This document shows, piece by piece, positions 53,551 through 62,278 of a stretch of 64,000 nucleotides of DNA. A program made the position numbers and the translations under genes. Below the pieces are notes generated by a model. The model was given only the letters and a program-made list of their open reading frames with translations. It made no database searches and was not told where the DNA came from. Location: IMG/VR virus record IMGVR_UViG_3300008121_000011; one strand, given 5' to 3'. Within the stretch, counting starts at the first letter, position 1. Each line of letters begins with the position of its first letter. This DNA comes from a virus.

Positions 53551-53571
53551 CCAAACTATTTTTATAGACAC

Positions 53572-53599
53572 AAAAAAATCCGTCGCGGGCGCAACGGAT
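53572..53599 (-). terminator. rho-independent terminator ending the cas operon
   Basis: Minus strand: AUCCGUUGCGCCCGCGACGGAU followed by U7, 18 nt after the Cas6 stop. Confidence 0.7.
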
Positions 53600-53616
53600 G
53601 GGGGCGTGAGGTTAGT

Positions 53617-54204
53617 TTATTCAAAAAACCCGCATCCTAGATGTTTGCGACCTCCCAACCCTTTCTCTTGTAATACCAAAGACTCGTTAGGGCGCAAATC
53701 TGAAAACATTACAGGGTATACAGCACACGGCTGCTTTTTAATAATTAGCTGCTCTTTGCGCCCTATTGTTGGCAGTGTATTAATATCAAACTTTGCTAGT
53801 TGCTTGCCTAGCGACACCGCAAACCTAGTAAGATCGGGTTCACGATTGTTGTCGGTTTTAATTGATACCCAAGCCGCTAGATTCTCTTGAGATTTTAGCT
53901 CTGTGCCATTAACCAGCTTGAGTTTAATCAACTCTTTGCCTAAATGGATTTGACAATCAAAAAGCATCGTTAGCTCTGTAATTAAATCTTTGGAGCAACG
54001 TAGCTTTATATTGCTTTGAGTTAAACGTAATGTGCGATCGTCAAAAATATTTGTGTTACTGATTCTACCGATCGCCCACTCAGGGTTATCTTTGAACTTA
54101 GGAGATAAGCTGGTCAGCGCTGAATATAAGCAATAGTGATAATTCCGTGGGATTAACGCCCCTTCAATACTGAATAAAAATTCTATAAAATTGCAGTTAG
54201 GCAT
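53617..54204 (-). CDS. cas6: Cas6-family RAMP endoribonuclease (Cmx6-like)
   Basis: 195 aa; FSIEGALIPRNYHYCLYSALTS N-terminal pattern and C-terminal LQEKGLGGRKHLGCGFF glycine-rich loop. Confidence 0.65.
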   Translation of the reverse strand: MPNCNFIEFLFSIEGALIPRNYHYCLYSALTSLSPKFKDNPEWAIGRISNTNIFDDRTLRLTQSNIKLRCSKDLITELTMLFDCQIHLGKELIKLKLVNGTELKSQENLAAWVSIKTDNNREPDLTRFAVSLGKQLAKFDINTLPTIGRKEQLIIKKQPCAVYPVMFSDLRPNESLVLQEKGLGGRKHLGCGFFE

Positions 54205-54556
54205 TGATAATCACCAATCTTTTTTCACTATCTACAGGTTGATGCTTGTTTGCAATAGATAAAAGAAAAAGCCCGTCATTTCCAGCCCTTACCCTATGAG
54301 GTTGCGAACCTTCAACAAAATAGCAAGTTCCTTTGATGATTGGTTGTGTTTCATCGCCGCAATCAATCCATCCAGACCCCTCTACTCCAAACAAAATATG
54401 ATCACCCTCATGGGTATGAAGAGAAGTTTTTTCATTAGGTGCAAAATTCAACATATCAGCAGCAAAGTTATCTTTTTTTACCAGTGGCAATCCGACAGCT
54501 TGACTGCCATGCATCTGATACCAGTAATCAGCATCTAAATAATTTTTAATTTGCAT
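54197..54556 (-). CDS. cupin-domain protein
   Basis: 119 aa; both cupin motifs present (SLHTHEGDHILFGVEG; FVEGSQPHRVRAGN). Confidence 0.7.
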   Translation of the reverse strand: MQIKNYLDADYWYQMHGSQAVGLPLVKKDNFAADMLNFAPNEKTSLHTHEGDHILFGVEGSGWIDCGDETQPIIKGTCYFVEGSQPHRVRAGNDGLFLLSIANKHQPVDSEKRLVIINA

Positions 54557-55214
54557 ACAACAATCCTTTTAGGTATTCAAAATATTCTGGGGCGATCGCT
54601 CGAAACTCTTCTAATCTTGCAGCTTGATATTGATTGTTAGTATTTTTGCTGACATGATCTGTAGTTCGTTTTGCGCCTAAATCATAGGCTTTTAGGTATG
54701 GTAATTCATGGGAAAGCGTATAAGCCCAAATATCGTTTTCACTCCAATTAAAAACAGGGCAAGCTCTGTAATCTCCTTTTTTGTATTGATAGATAGCGCC
54801 ATTTTTTAGCAAGGTTGCTTTACGTTTTGCGCTTTCTTCTATCCGCAATCCAACAAAAGCGACTGGATAATCAATCCATAATTTTTGTGACTTAACTTTG
54901 TTAGGGACATGATCACCTTGCATTAAAATAGTTTGAATGTTTAGCCCAAATTTGTCCTGATATTTTGATTCTGTTTCAGCATAGTTACTAATCATTTCTC
55001 TTTCATAATGTCCAAAAGAAATAGCCAAAATATTAGGACAAATCGACTGCACTAAATGAAGCATTACGACTGAATCTTTACCCCATGACACCGCAACATA
55101 AGAAGGAGCGATCGCTAAAGCCTCTCGAATAATCTCTTTAGCTTTCTCAACTTTGCGCTTAAACGTTGGCAGTGTCGCGTGAGCCAAGAATGCATCGCGT
55201 TCTATTCTCTCCAT
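54546..55214 (-). CDS. PAPS-reductase/CysH-like PP-loop protein
   Basis: 222 aa; PP-loop VSWGKDSVVMLHL; family-typical length. Confidence 0.7.
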   Translation of the reverse strand: MERIERDAFLAHATLPTFKRKVEKAKEIIREALAIAPSYVAVSWGKDSVVMLHLVQSICPNILAISFGHYEREMISNYAETESKYQDKFGLNIQTILMQGDHVPNKVKSQKLWIDYPVAFVGLRIEESAKRKATLLKNGAIYQYKKGDYRACPVFNWSENDIWAYTLSHELPYLKAYDLGAKRTTDHVSKNTNNQYQAARLEEFRAIAPEYFEYLKGLLYAN

Positions 55215-55888
55215 ACATTATCCGTAGGCATATAGCATATAGTTCTATTGGATTGCAGAAAATACGGTGTTCGCCACCCCCAGTTCATCATATTGATAGA
55301 TTGAGGCTGTGGAATCATATTAATTGGCATTGGTCGGGCTAACCTATCACCTCTCCACAAATGCCAATCATGTTCAAAGGGTAGTACTTCCCATTTGTGT
55401 ACCTGTCCGCAACCTTGCGATCGCTTCTTACCAAGATGCGTAACATTTAGAATTAGTTCGCTAATCTTGTCAGCATTGCCAATCGCAAACCAGTGTATAG
55501 TCTGCATTTCGCGATCATATCGTGGTAAATCATAGGCTTTAAAATGCCCTTGCGAACTATCAACCTTAGCTTTCTTTTTACCCCAATCAAGGTGTAGTTC
55601 TTGCTTGTCCCATCGCTTACGGTAACGCTGAGTTTGTTGATGATTTTCGATGTAGTGTGGTGAACTCACGGCCCAATACCACTCGCCTTTGAGCGTCTTC
55701 CGAGCGATCGGCATTTCATCAAAAATCAAGGGCAGATTCTTTTCGGCATCCGCAGCCGTTGGATTGGGCGTGATTAACCCTAATTGGTCTAACAATTGAT
55801 ACTCAATCAGAGCATCAAAGCTCGGACTCCAATCATCATAGGCAACTAGCGGCGTTGCCATGTGTGCAATTATTTGGAGATTATCCAT
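55202..55888 (-). CDS. cas5: Cas5-like RAMP (type IV Csf3-like)
   Basis: 228 aa; ATPLVAYDDWSPSFDALIEYQLL, RYRKRW, IHWFAIGNADKISELILNVTHLGKKRSQGCGQV glycine-rich loop. Confidence 0.6.
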   Translation of the reverse strand: MDNLQIIAHMATPLVAYDDWSPSFDALIEYQLLDQLGLITPNPTAADAEKNLPLIFDEMPIARKTLKGEWYWAVSSPHYIENHQQTQRYRKRWDKQELHLDWGKKKAKVDSSQGHFKAYDLPRYDREMQTIHWFAIGNADKISELILNVTHLGKKRSQGCGQVHKWEVLPFEHDWHLWRGDRLARPMPINMIPQPQSINMMNWGWRTPYFLQSNRTICYMPTDNVWRE

Positions 55889-57086
55889 TGAGTAAACTCC
55901 TAATATCGCTCTTAGAATCAGCTAGAAACCCTTTGTAATCTTCAAGATATTCTTTGTACCTTGCATGAGATTCAGAGGCGCGATCGCTTAGTTTTTGAGC
56001 GTGAGGTGTAATCGTCATAAACTCACCGCGATCGCCGTCAGCGGTCTCAAACCAAAACTGCATAGAGCATAGTCCGCAACCCGTTCCTGATTGACCGCCC
56101 AAGTATGGCGATTCTGCAAACTTGAGTAAAGCATCTGCAATAAATCCTTCCTCAATTCTGGTTACGTTGGCACTCCAAAAACTGTAGAGAGTCGCACCTG
56201 TTTGTAAAAGCCAATTACCCATGATCATTTGTTGGCTTTTCTCTTTTTCAGGCTTTGCTTTTTCGCCTTTCCCTTTCTTGGTTTCAGGCTCCGAAACAAT
56301 GCCAAATAAATCGCCTTGAGTCAGCATCTTTGGAGATTCTGGAGTAGCGCCAATTAGATGTTTTGCAAAGTTAGGATCATGCAATGAATCGCGCCTTGTC
56401 TTTTGGCTATAGGTAAGCCAATCGGAATAATATCGAAGCTTCTCACCTAAAAATGGCATCCATTCAGCAAGCAATGCCTTTAGATTGTATTGAGAAACCT
56501 TGGTATCAATTCCTAGCCATTGATTCACTCGTTGACTATGCTGTAAGTCTTTACCATCAATAATCTGCTCTAGCGCTGAAATTACGTCAATAGGTAGCGC
56601 AGGAGGAAACTGTCGATAAATATATTCAGCACTTTCTACACAAGCCAAATAAGCATCACCAACAGCGATCCGACCGTGCACCATTTGAGCATCGCCAACA
56701 CCAAACAATCCTTTAGGTTTGGCAGTTCCTAGTACTGAGAGGCATGGCAAAAGCTGACGGATTTTTTTGTCCAAATCCAAATCATTACCCGTGCCACCAT
56801 CGATCGCACCGCCGCAAAATAGAGCGTGATGCATCGTTGGCGATACTTGCACACCAATCTGAGAGAGGAAAGAATCAATACCACAGCGTCTCAAAATACG
56901 ATTGCGTAGCGAGTTACCAGAAAGACAAAACACCTCAGAGGGATTTCCCTCTAAATCTGTCACTTTCAACGTTCGTAAATTGGTTTGATTGCCTACAGAC
57001 TCACTGATGTGGCTTAGCGGCTGCAACAGTGTAATTTGCAGGTGTAGCTTGATATTATGGCGATCGTGTGGGTTGTAATTAAGCAT
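55881..57086 (-). CDS. cas7: Cas7-like RAMP backbone subunit (type IV Csf2-like)
   Basis: 401 aa; LSGNSLRNRILRR, HALFCGGAIDGG, GRIAVGDAYL, C-terminal YLGGQSGTGCG loop. Has a Lys/Glu-rich insertion. Confidence 0.6.
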   Translation of the reverse strand: MLNYNPHDRHNIKLHLQITLLQPLSHISESVGNQTNLRTLKVTDLEGNPSEVFCLSGNSLRNRILRRCGIDSFLSQIGVQVSPTMHHALFCGGAIDGGTGNDLDLDKKIRQLLPCLSVLGTAKPKGLFGVGDAQMVHGRIAVGDAYLACVESAEYIYRQFPPALPIDVISALEQIIDGKDLQHSQRVNQWLGIDTKVSQYNLKALLAEWMPFLGEKLRYYSDWLTYSQKTRRDSLHDPNFAKHLIGATPESPKMLTQGDLFGIVSEPETKKGKGEKAKPEKEKSQQMIMGNWLLQTGATLYSFWSANVTRIEEGFIADALLKFAESPYLGGQSGTGCGLCSMQFWFETADGDRGEFMTITPHAQKLSDRASESHARYKEYLEDYKGFLADSKSDIRSLLNG

Positions 57087-57603
57087 TGATAGTAGCCTCT
57101 ACATCTAGAGTATTTTCTGTTTCTTCTGGAATATTCAAAGCGCGATCGCTTTCAAAGCGAACACGACAAAAAGTAGTAATAATGTGCGGTTTTGATTTGC
57201 ACAAACTGAGGATATGTCGATCGCTTATCCCTTCAGGCTTGAGGGAGTTGAGAATATCTTGCCATCCGAGCCATCGCAAATGTTGATCGCTATCAATTTG
57301 TTGAATGTCTCCCATGCTTCCATCTTCATTCACGGAAGCCCGTAAAATTACCTGTTTTGGCGCAATGATGCGAGTCCATTCTTTAGGATTGAGATGTGCA
57401 ACGATTAGCTTTTTTGCCAGATTCTCAATGTAATCATCAATACTTCTTGAGGGAATAGCAGCATTTTGGATACTACTCTGAAAGTATTCCCAAGTCTTCA
57501 AACCCATTGCAGGGCTTTTGCCTTTATCTCTACAGCGAAAAACCCAGTAACTAAGCGCACTGGCTAAAGCTGTAACCCTGTCTTCCGTTCCTATTCCATA
57601 CAT
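57079..57603 (-). CDS. unknown protein in the Cas11/Csf1 position
   Basis: 174-aa ORF overlapping the cas7 start by 8 nt; no Zn finger and no recognisable motif. Confidence 0.45.
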   Translation of the reverse strand: MYGIGTEDRVTALASALSYWVFRCRDKGKSPAMGLKTWEYFQSSIQNAAIPSRSIDDYIENLAKKLIVAHLNPKEWTRIIAPKQVILRASVNEDGSMGDIQQIDSDQHLRWLGWQDILNSLKPEGISDRHILSLCKSKPHIITTFCRVRFESDRALNIPEETENTLDVEATINA

Positions 57604-57631
57604 AAATATTTCTCGTACATCTACGGTGTTT

Positions 57632-57976
57632 TTATTCTAGATCACAAACAGCATTCCAAGCCGCCAACTTAGCTTTACCGACAGACACACCACGCGTCCT
57701 AGCGTGGTCAAAAGCTTTATTACGCAGTCTACTTAATTCCCGCTGTTTTAGCTCCTTTGGTGTCGCCTTACGTAGCTTAGGGATAGCGCGATAATTACCC
57801 TCAACGCATTCAATATGCAAGCGCCTGTTACCGTATGCGATCGCGCCTTGGTTAAGAAGTAAGCGCAATGCGCTCGTATTGATTTGCGTGCATATTTCAA
57901 TGTAGCGCAAGGAGTAAGAGCCGCGATGGGCATCAAAGAAGCCGATGAGCTTGGCTCGTTCAATTTCTAGAGGCAT
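57632..57976 (-). CDS. hypothetical basic protein
   Basis: 114-aa ORF; 1-nt overlap (shared base 57976) with the upstream kinase-like gene. Confidence 0.4.
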   Translation of the reverse strand: MPLEIERAKLIGFFDAHRGSYSLRYIEICTQINTSALRLLLNQGAIAYGNRRLHIECVEGNYRAIPKLRKATPKELKQRELSRLRNKAFDHARTRGVSVGKAKLAAWNAVCDLE

Positions 57977-58548
57977 TATGGTTCCTCTAAATAATCTTCA
58001 ACAAATTTCACCCGATCACCCAAATCCAAACAGTCCCTATGCAACTCCTTATAAGGCAAATTTAGATGATTGAGCATCCCTAAAAGCTGAGTATGCAACT
58101 TGAATATTAACGGTTGATTAATCGCCGCTTTGTACTCACGCTCGACAAAAGGGATGGCAGGGGGAATTAATACAATTTTGTCAAAATACCGAGCCGTAAC
58201 ATTAAAGCAAGTTTGTAAGTAAACCATGACTCTTGACTGCATACGCTCGTTTAGTTCACCATTGCCAATGTCTGCTAATAGGTAAGCAACCATATCGAGA
58301 GGTGTGCGATCGCTAATAAAGCTAGGCTCGTCAACGTTAAACCAGATATTCCCAGTTTTATCTAAAATCTCCTCTTGTAAACGCAATCTAATAAAAATAT
58401 CCAATTTGTCGGACGGGTGGAAACCATGTTGCAAAAACACACTACTCGCATCAATAGGGATATATGGAATCCCTAGCTTTTGCGATAAGGCGATTGCTAG
58501 TGTGGTTTTGCCCGTGCCATGCGCACCGCATAATCCGATGTTAGCCAT
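57976..58548 (-). CDS. P-loop NTPase/kinase-like protein
   Basis: Walker A GAHGTGKTT. ATG 58548 is preferred (8-nt overlap with the upstream gene). Size and pattern resemble small nucleoside/nucleotide kinases. Confidence 0.65.
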   Translation of the reverse strand: MANIGLCGAHGTGKTTLAIALSQKLGIPYIPIDASSVFLQHGFHPSDKLDIFIRLRLQEEILDKTGNIWFNVDEPSFISDRTPLDMVAYLLADIGNGELNERMQSRVMVYLQTCFNVTARYFDKIVLIPPAIPFVEREYKAAINQPLIFKLHTQLLGMLNHLNLPYKELHRDCLDLGDRVKFVEDYLEEP

Positions 58549-58765
58549 TGTCTTCACCTCCAATATCAATTACTTCCTTGTCCAAGCACTGCATTATCAG
58601 TGCTAACTCGCCTTTTAGATCTTCCAGTGTTGCGCCAACAGGTGTTACTTCTTTGTGACTCCAACTGGTTAATTCGCCCTTACTATTTGGGTAAAACTCG
58701 CGGATAGCAAGCACCTCATCGCCATTTTCAAGGGTTTGCTTTGAGATTCGATACGTCCAACTCAT
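58541..58765 (-). CDS. hypothetical protein
   Basis: 74-aa ORF. Confidence 0.4.
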   Translation of the reverse strand: MSWTYRISKQTLENGDEVLAIREFYPNSKGELTSWSHKEVTPVGATLEDLKGELALIMQCLDKEVIDIGGEDNG

Positions 58766-58809
58766 TATTTAACCTCAGTTAACCTGTGAATAGTCCAATG
58801 TGTGGATCC

Positions 58810-59043
58810 TCATTTCAAATCCCCAACAATCATCTCAAAAATGCTATGGGTGCAACAGCCCATAAATTTAAAATTATCTGCGGCGATCGGGTCAGTTGGA
58901 TTACCGTCGGCATCAGTCCAAAACATTTGCGGTTTATATGGTTCGCCGTTTAGCGTGAACTCAATGCTTTCAATGTTCTGGCTATCCCAAAGAGCTTTTT
59001 GCGCTAGCCATGCTTGGATGTCTTCAATCTTGACGATCATCAT
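58810..59043 (-). CDS. hypothetical protein
   Basis: 77-aa ORF, 4-nt overlap upstream. Confidence 0.4.
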   Translation of the reverse strand: MMIVKIEDIQAWLAQKALWDSQNIESIEFTLNGEPYKPQMFWTDADGNPTDPIAADNFKFMGCCTHSIFEMIVGDLK

Positions 59044-59282
59044 TCTTTACGCTCCTTATTCCTTAAATTAATTTCCTTGTCAGTAGCCAAAACCAGCACA
59101 CTAGACCAAATACAGGTAAAGATCGCGATAAACAAAAGCCCCTTACCTAATGACTCCCATATGAACCAAAAGAAACCAGCGATCGGAATTAGTAAAACAA
59201 AGGCAATGGTTAAACACATGCCAGCGCCTAATTGATTTTCTTCTAGCTCTTTGTCAGTCTTATCTGCAAATAATCTAGCCAT
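59040..59282 (-). CDS. small membrane protein
   Basis: 80 aa; two hydrophobic helices (CLTIAFVLLIPIAGFFWFIW; LLFIAIFTCIWSSVLVLA). Confidence 0.45.
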   Translation of the reverse strand: MARLFADKTDKELEENQLGAGMCLTIAFVLLIPIAGFFWFIWESLGKGLLFIAIFTCIWSSVLVLATDKEINLRNKERKE

Positions 59283-59812
59283 TACCCTTTACTCTCCTGT
59301 GTGTCTAAATCACCGTTATACCGCCCTGTCTCTGAGTAATCATGCCTAGGATAAGCCGTCTCAGCAAATACGATTTGACCAATTCGCATAAGTGGATAAA
59401 TAGGTTGCCAAGTCCAAAGACGGTGATTTAGCAACTCTAAGGTCAGCTTTGAATTATTAAAACCACCATCAATCCATACTGCCAAAACGTGACCCCACCC
59501 TGATCGCCCTCTACTTGACTTAAGTCTAAACTCTGCTGAGTAATTACTCGGCATATTGAAAGTCTCGTAGGTACAAGCCAGAATAAAACTTAGTGGCGAT
59601 ACCCAAAACGGGTTTGATTCTGAGTACTTGGTTAAGTCGTGAGTAGTAAACTCTTGACCTGTTAGACCTCGTTTAAGCCAGTTGTTCTCAGTTTTCAGCG
59701 TGTAGCCTATCCGCACATCGAGTGATTGTGGGTTAAGCATTGCTTTGTCAAATGGCACGATAACGCCTTTTTCTTCGCAAAGCTTTTCGATTTCGTGGTC
59801 AACTAGCGTCAT
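59282..59812 (-). CDS. dcd: dCTP deaminase / dUTPase-superfamily enzyme
   Basis: 176 aa; NPQSLDVRIG, FRLKSSRGRSGW, WIDGGFNNSKLTLELLN, RIGQIVF match the Dcd pattern. Confidence 0.75.
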   Translation of the reverse strand: MTLVDHEIEKLCEEKGVIVPFDKAMLNPQSLDVRIGYTLKTENNWLKRGLTGQEFTTHDLTKYSESNPFWVSPLSFILACTYETFNMPSNYSAEFRLKSSRGRSGWGHVLAVWIDGGFNNSKLTLELLNHRLWTWQPIYPLMRIGQIVFAETAYPRHDYSETGRYNGDLDTQESKG

Positions 59813-60145
59813 TTTTAAATAACCTCAAAATCCTAGAACTAGCACCCATCTTCTGAGCTTTTGCGCGAGACGCTTCTACCCTATACCGATCTTCCATTTG
59901 CTGTGATGAAATGGCGATCGGGATACGCTGTTTTTCTGGCTGTTTTTCTGTGTCACTCATGGTTAAAACATCTCATTAAAACTAAGTGAATCCCAAAAAT
60001 ATTGTCTAGACTCTCCAACGGTTTCTAGATATGGATCTTTAGTCACTACCATCCACCACAAAGCAAACATGTAGTAAGGATAAGTTACGCAACACTTAAA
60101 ATCTGACCACTTTAAATAAAATCTAATCTGCCAATTTCTCATACT

Positions 60146-60346
60146 CTAAAGCCTCTTTACCTTAATCAAATCACCAATCTTGCAGTAAAGCACCGCACAC
60201 AAAGCATCGATTAAATCGCGCTCTAAATACTCAAACCGATCTTGCTCAAGCCTTGATATCTTCTGAGTCGAAGTATTGCAAAGCTCTGCTAGTTGTTTTT
60301 GAGTTAACAATCGCGCCTTGCGTAAGCATTTTAAGTTTAGCTGCAT
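60146..60346 (-). CDS. XRE-family HTH regulator
   Basis: LKCLRKARLLTQKQLAELCNTSTQKISRLEQDR; ATG 60346 is preferred over the longer track ORF. Confidence 0.6.
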   Translation of the reverse strand: MQLNLKCLRKARLLTQKQLAELCNTSTQKISRLEQDRFEYLERDLIDALCAVLYCKIGDLIKVKRL

Positions 60347-60591
60347 AGCTTTAGCTCCTGATATTTGCGCTCTAATTCTGGCAGTCCACACTCAAGATCA
60401 CCATTGATGCTTAATTCAAACCATTTACCAGTAAATTTAAAATACTCATACGAATATTGCTCTAACTGTTTATTCCAGCGAATATTAAGATTAGATTCAG
60501 TGCGTACATACACTTTATCTTCATACGCCAAAAAAGAGGTGGTAACTGTATTTTCTCTAATTATCTCCATTACATAAACACCCTTGAGCAA
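60337..60591 (-). CDS. hypothetical protein
   Basis: 84-aa ORF upstream of the HTH gene. Confidence 0.4.
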   Translation of the reverse strand: MLKGVYVMEIIRENTVTTSFLAYEDKVYVRTESNLNIRWNKQLEQYSYEYFKFTGKWFELSINGDLECGLPELERKYQELKLCS

Positions 60592-60758
60592 CTACTCACT
60601 ATCATACTACTTACTCGTCATTTATTGATTAGCTTTTACTTATATAAAATGGCTAAAAGTACTGATAATACTAATCATTAAAATATTGGCTATCCTTCAA
60701 AAGGGTAGTATCTTTAGTACATAAACAATCAAGAAACAGGAAAACAAAGGAGTAAACC

Positions 60759-61169
60759 ATGAGTCGTAAAGTTCGTAGAGTCCCCACTGATTGGGATCAT
60801 TGGAGTTATTCAGATCAGCCATTATTCGACAATTTCAAAGCTGAACTAGCGCGATGGGATGAGCATAACGCTAACTGGGAGAAAGGGCTTTATTTTGATT
60901 ACATCAATAAAACTTGGGCTCCAATCCCTAGTCAATACAAGGTTTATGAGTATAGCCAATGGGATAATCCACGCCCCGATCCTGCTGATTACATGCCAGA
61001 TTGGGATGAATCAGAGCGTACACATTATCAAGCTTACGAGAATGTGACTGAAGGTACTCCTATCTCACCAGTATTTGCAACTGAGGAAGAGATGATCGAT
61101 TGGCTTGTACAAAATGAGTCAGGCGATCGCGGATATTGGGTTAACGCGATTAGGAATGGAATTTATTAA
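60759..61169 (+). CDS. hypothetical protein
   Basis: 136-aa Trp/Asp-rich ORF preceded by AAAGGAGTAAACC. Confidence 0.5.
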   Translation: MSRKVRRVPTDWDHWSYSDQPLFDNFKAELARWDEHNANWEKGLYFDYINKTWAPIPSQYKVYEYSQWDNPRPDPADYMPDWDESERTHYQAYENVTEGTPISPVFATEEEMIDWLVQNESGDRGYWVNAIRNGIY

Positions 61170-61188
61170 TTTTTTGAGGGAAACAATC

Positions 61189-61467
61189 ATGATCAGAACA
61201 ACAGCAGGGCAAATCAGCGCTTCATCCTATGGAGTAATCGACACTAAAGAGATTGCTTTATTCTTTGGTGCATCACAAACAGCGTCAATCATTGACTTGA
61301 TTGATTATCCTATCGATTTAGATACACATAAACTAGCTGAGTTTGCATTGTCATTGCCTGATAACCAAGCGGCAACAATCACAGGATTGTTGGATGCAAT
61401 TATTGGGATTGTCGCTATTGAATCGCAACCAATTGTAGGAATGACTGAGGTTTATTGTGATGACTAA
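61189..61467 (+). CDS. hypothetical protein
   Basis: 92 aa from ATG 61189 (in frame with track ORF 61105..61467). Confidence 0.4.
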   Translation: MIRTTAGQISASSYGVIDTKEIALFFGASQTASIIDLIDYPIDLDTHKLAEFALSLPDNQAATITGLLDAIIGIVAIESQPIVGMTEVYCDD

Positions 61468-61650
61468 ACCCGTAAACCACTACGCATCAACCACGCCGAT
61501 GCCTGATTGGCTTGAGGCTGAGATTGTGGAATATCTTGCAGATATAGTTATTAACTTGGGATGGGCTTTGAAGACTGAAATTTGTAATTTTAGACATCAC
61601 CGTGCATGACTAGCTAAGCTAAAATCGATAAAACCTACCTCCAAAATCAC

Positions 61651-61938
61651 ATGCTAAATACTTTGGATTTTGCCAGAAAAAAGCAGATAATCAGAAGTTT
61701 TCGAGAGGGGATTTATCAGAATTTTAACTATAAGTGCGTATACTGCGGATCGCTAGCACAATCTCTAGATCACGCAAAGCCCAAGGCAAAAGGTGGCGAA
61801 ACAGTGGCAAGCAACTTATTACCTGCTTGCTTGCCTTGTAATCGCGATAAAGGTAGCCAAGAGCTATTTGCGTGGTATAGAGCGCGGTACTACTGGACTC
61901 AAGAGCGTGAAGCGGCGATCGCGAATTGGATTAATTAA
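61651..61938 (+). CDS. HNH endonuclease
   Basis: 95 aa; CVYCG...LDHAKPKAKGG...NLLPACLPCNRDKG. Confidence 0.8.
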   Translation: MLNTLDFARKKQIIRSFREGIYQNFNYKCVYCGSLAQSLDHAKPKAKGGETVASNLLPACLPCNRDKGSQELFAWYRARYYWTQEREAAIANWIN

Positions 61939-61949
61939 TAACCCACGGC

Positions 61950-61988
61950 AAAAAGAGAGAGCGATCGCAATGATCGCTCTCTCTTTTT
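61950..61988. terminator. bidirectional terminator
   Basis: A5, 13-bp stem agagagagcgatc/gatcgctctctct, then T5. Confidence 0.7.
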
Positions 61989-62278
61989 GCCTATTTATAA
62001 GGCTTAGGCTTTGGCTTACCTTTGGGCTTGGGCTTCATTTTCATGGCAGTGGTTTTGTGGCTTTACACTTTTATTATCGCAGATTGTCCTCAAGATTTAA
62101 TTTAATAGATCATCACTCAATTCTAGTATTAGTAACAACGATCGCCGCTAGCTCACGGTTGATCTTGCTGCGTAGTTCAATCAGTTGAGCGCGTAACGCT
62201 TTTTCGTCTAAGCCCCTGTTTTGGGCGGAGTATTTCATCTCGTCGGTTAGGGCATACAGCCTTGTGAAGTCTGTCGTT

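Noticed and set aside
53617-57086. Assigning the Cas7/Cas5/Cas6 genes to a type I or type III system
   Set aside because: No Cas3 (HD/helicase), Cas8, Cas10 or Csm/Cmr small subunit is recognisable anywhere in the window. The CysH-like partner points to type IV instead.
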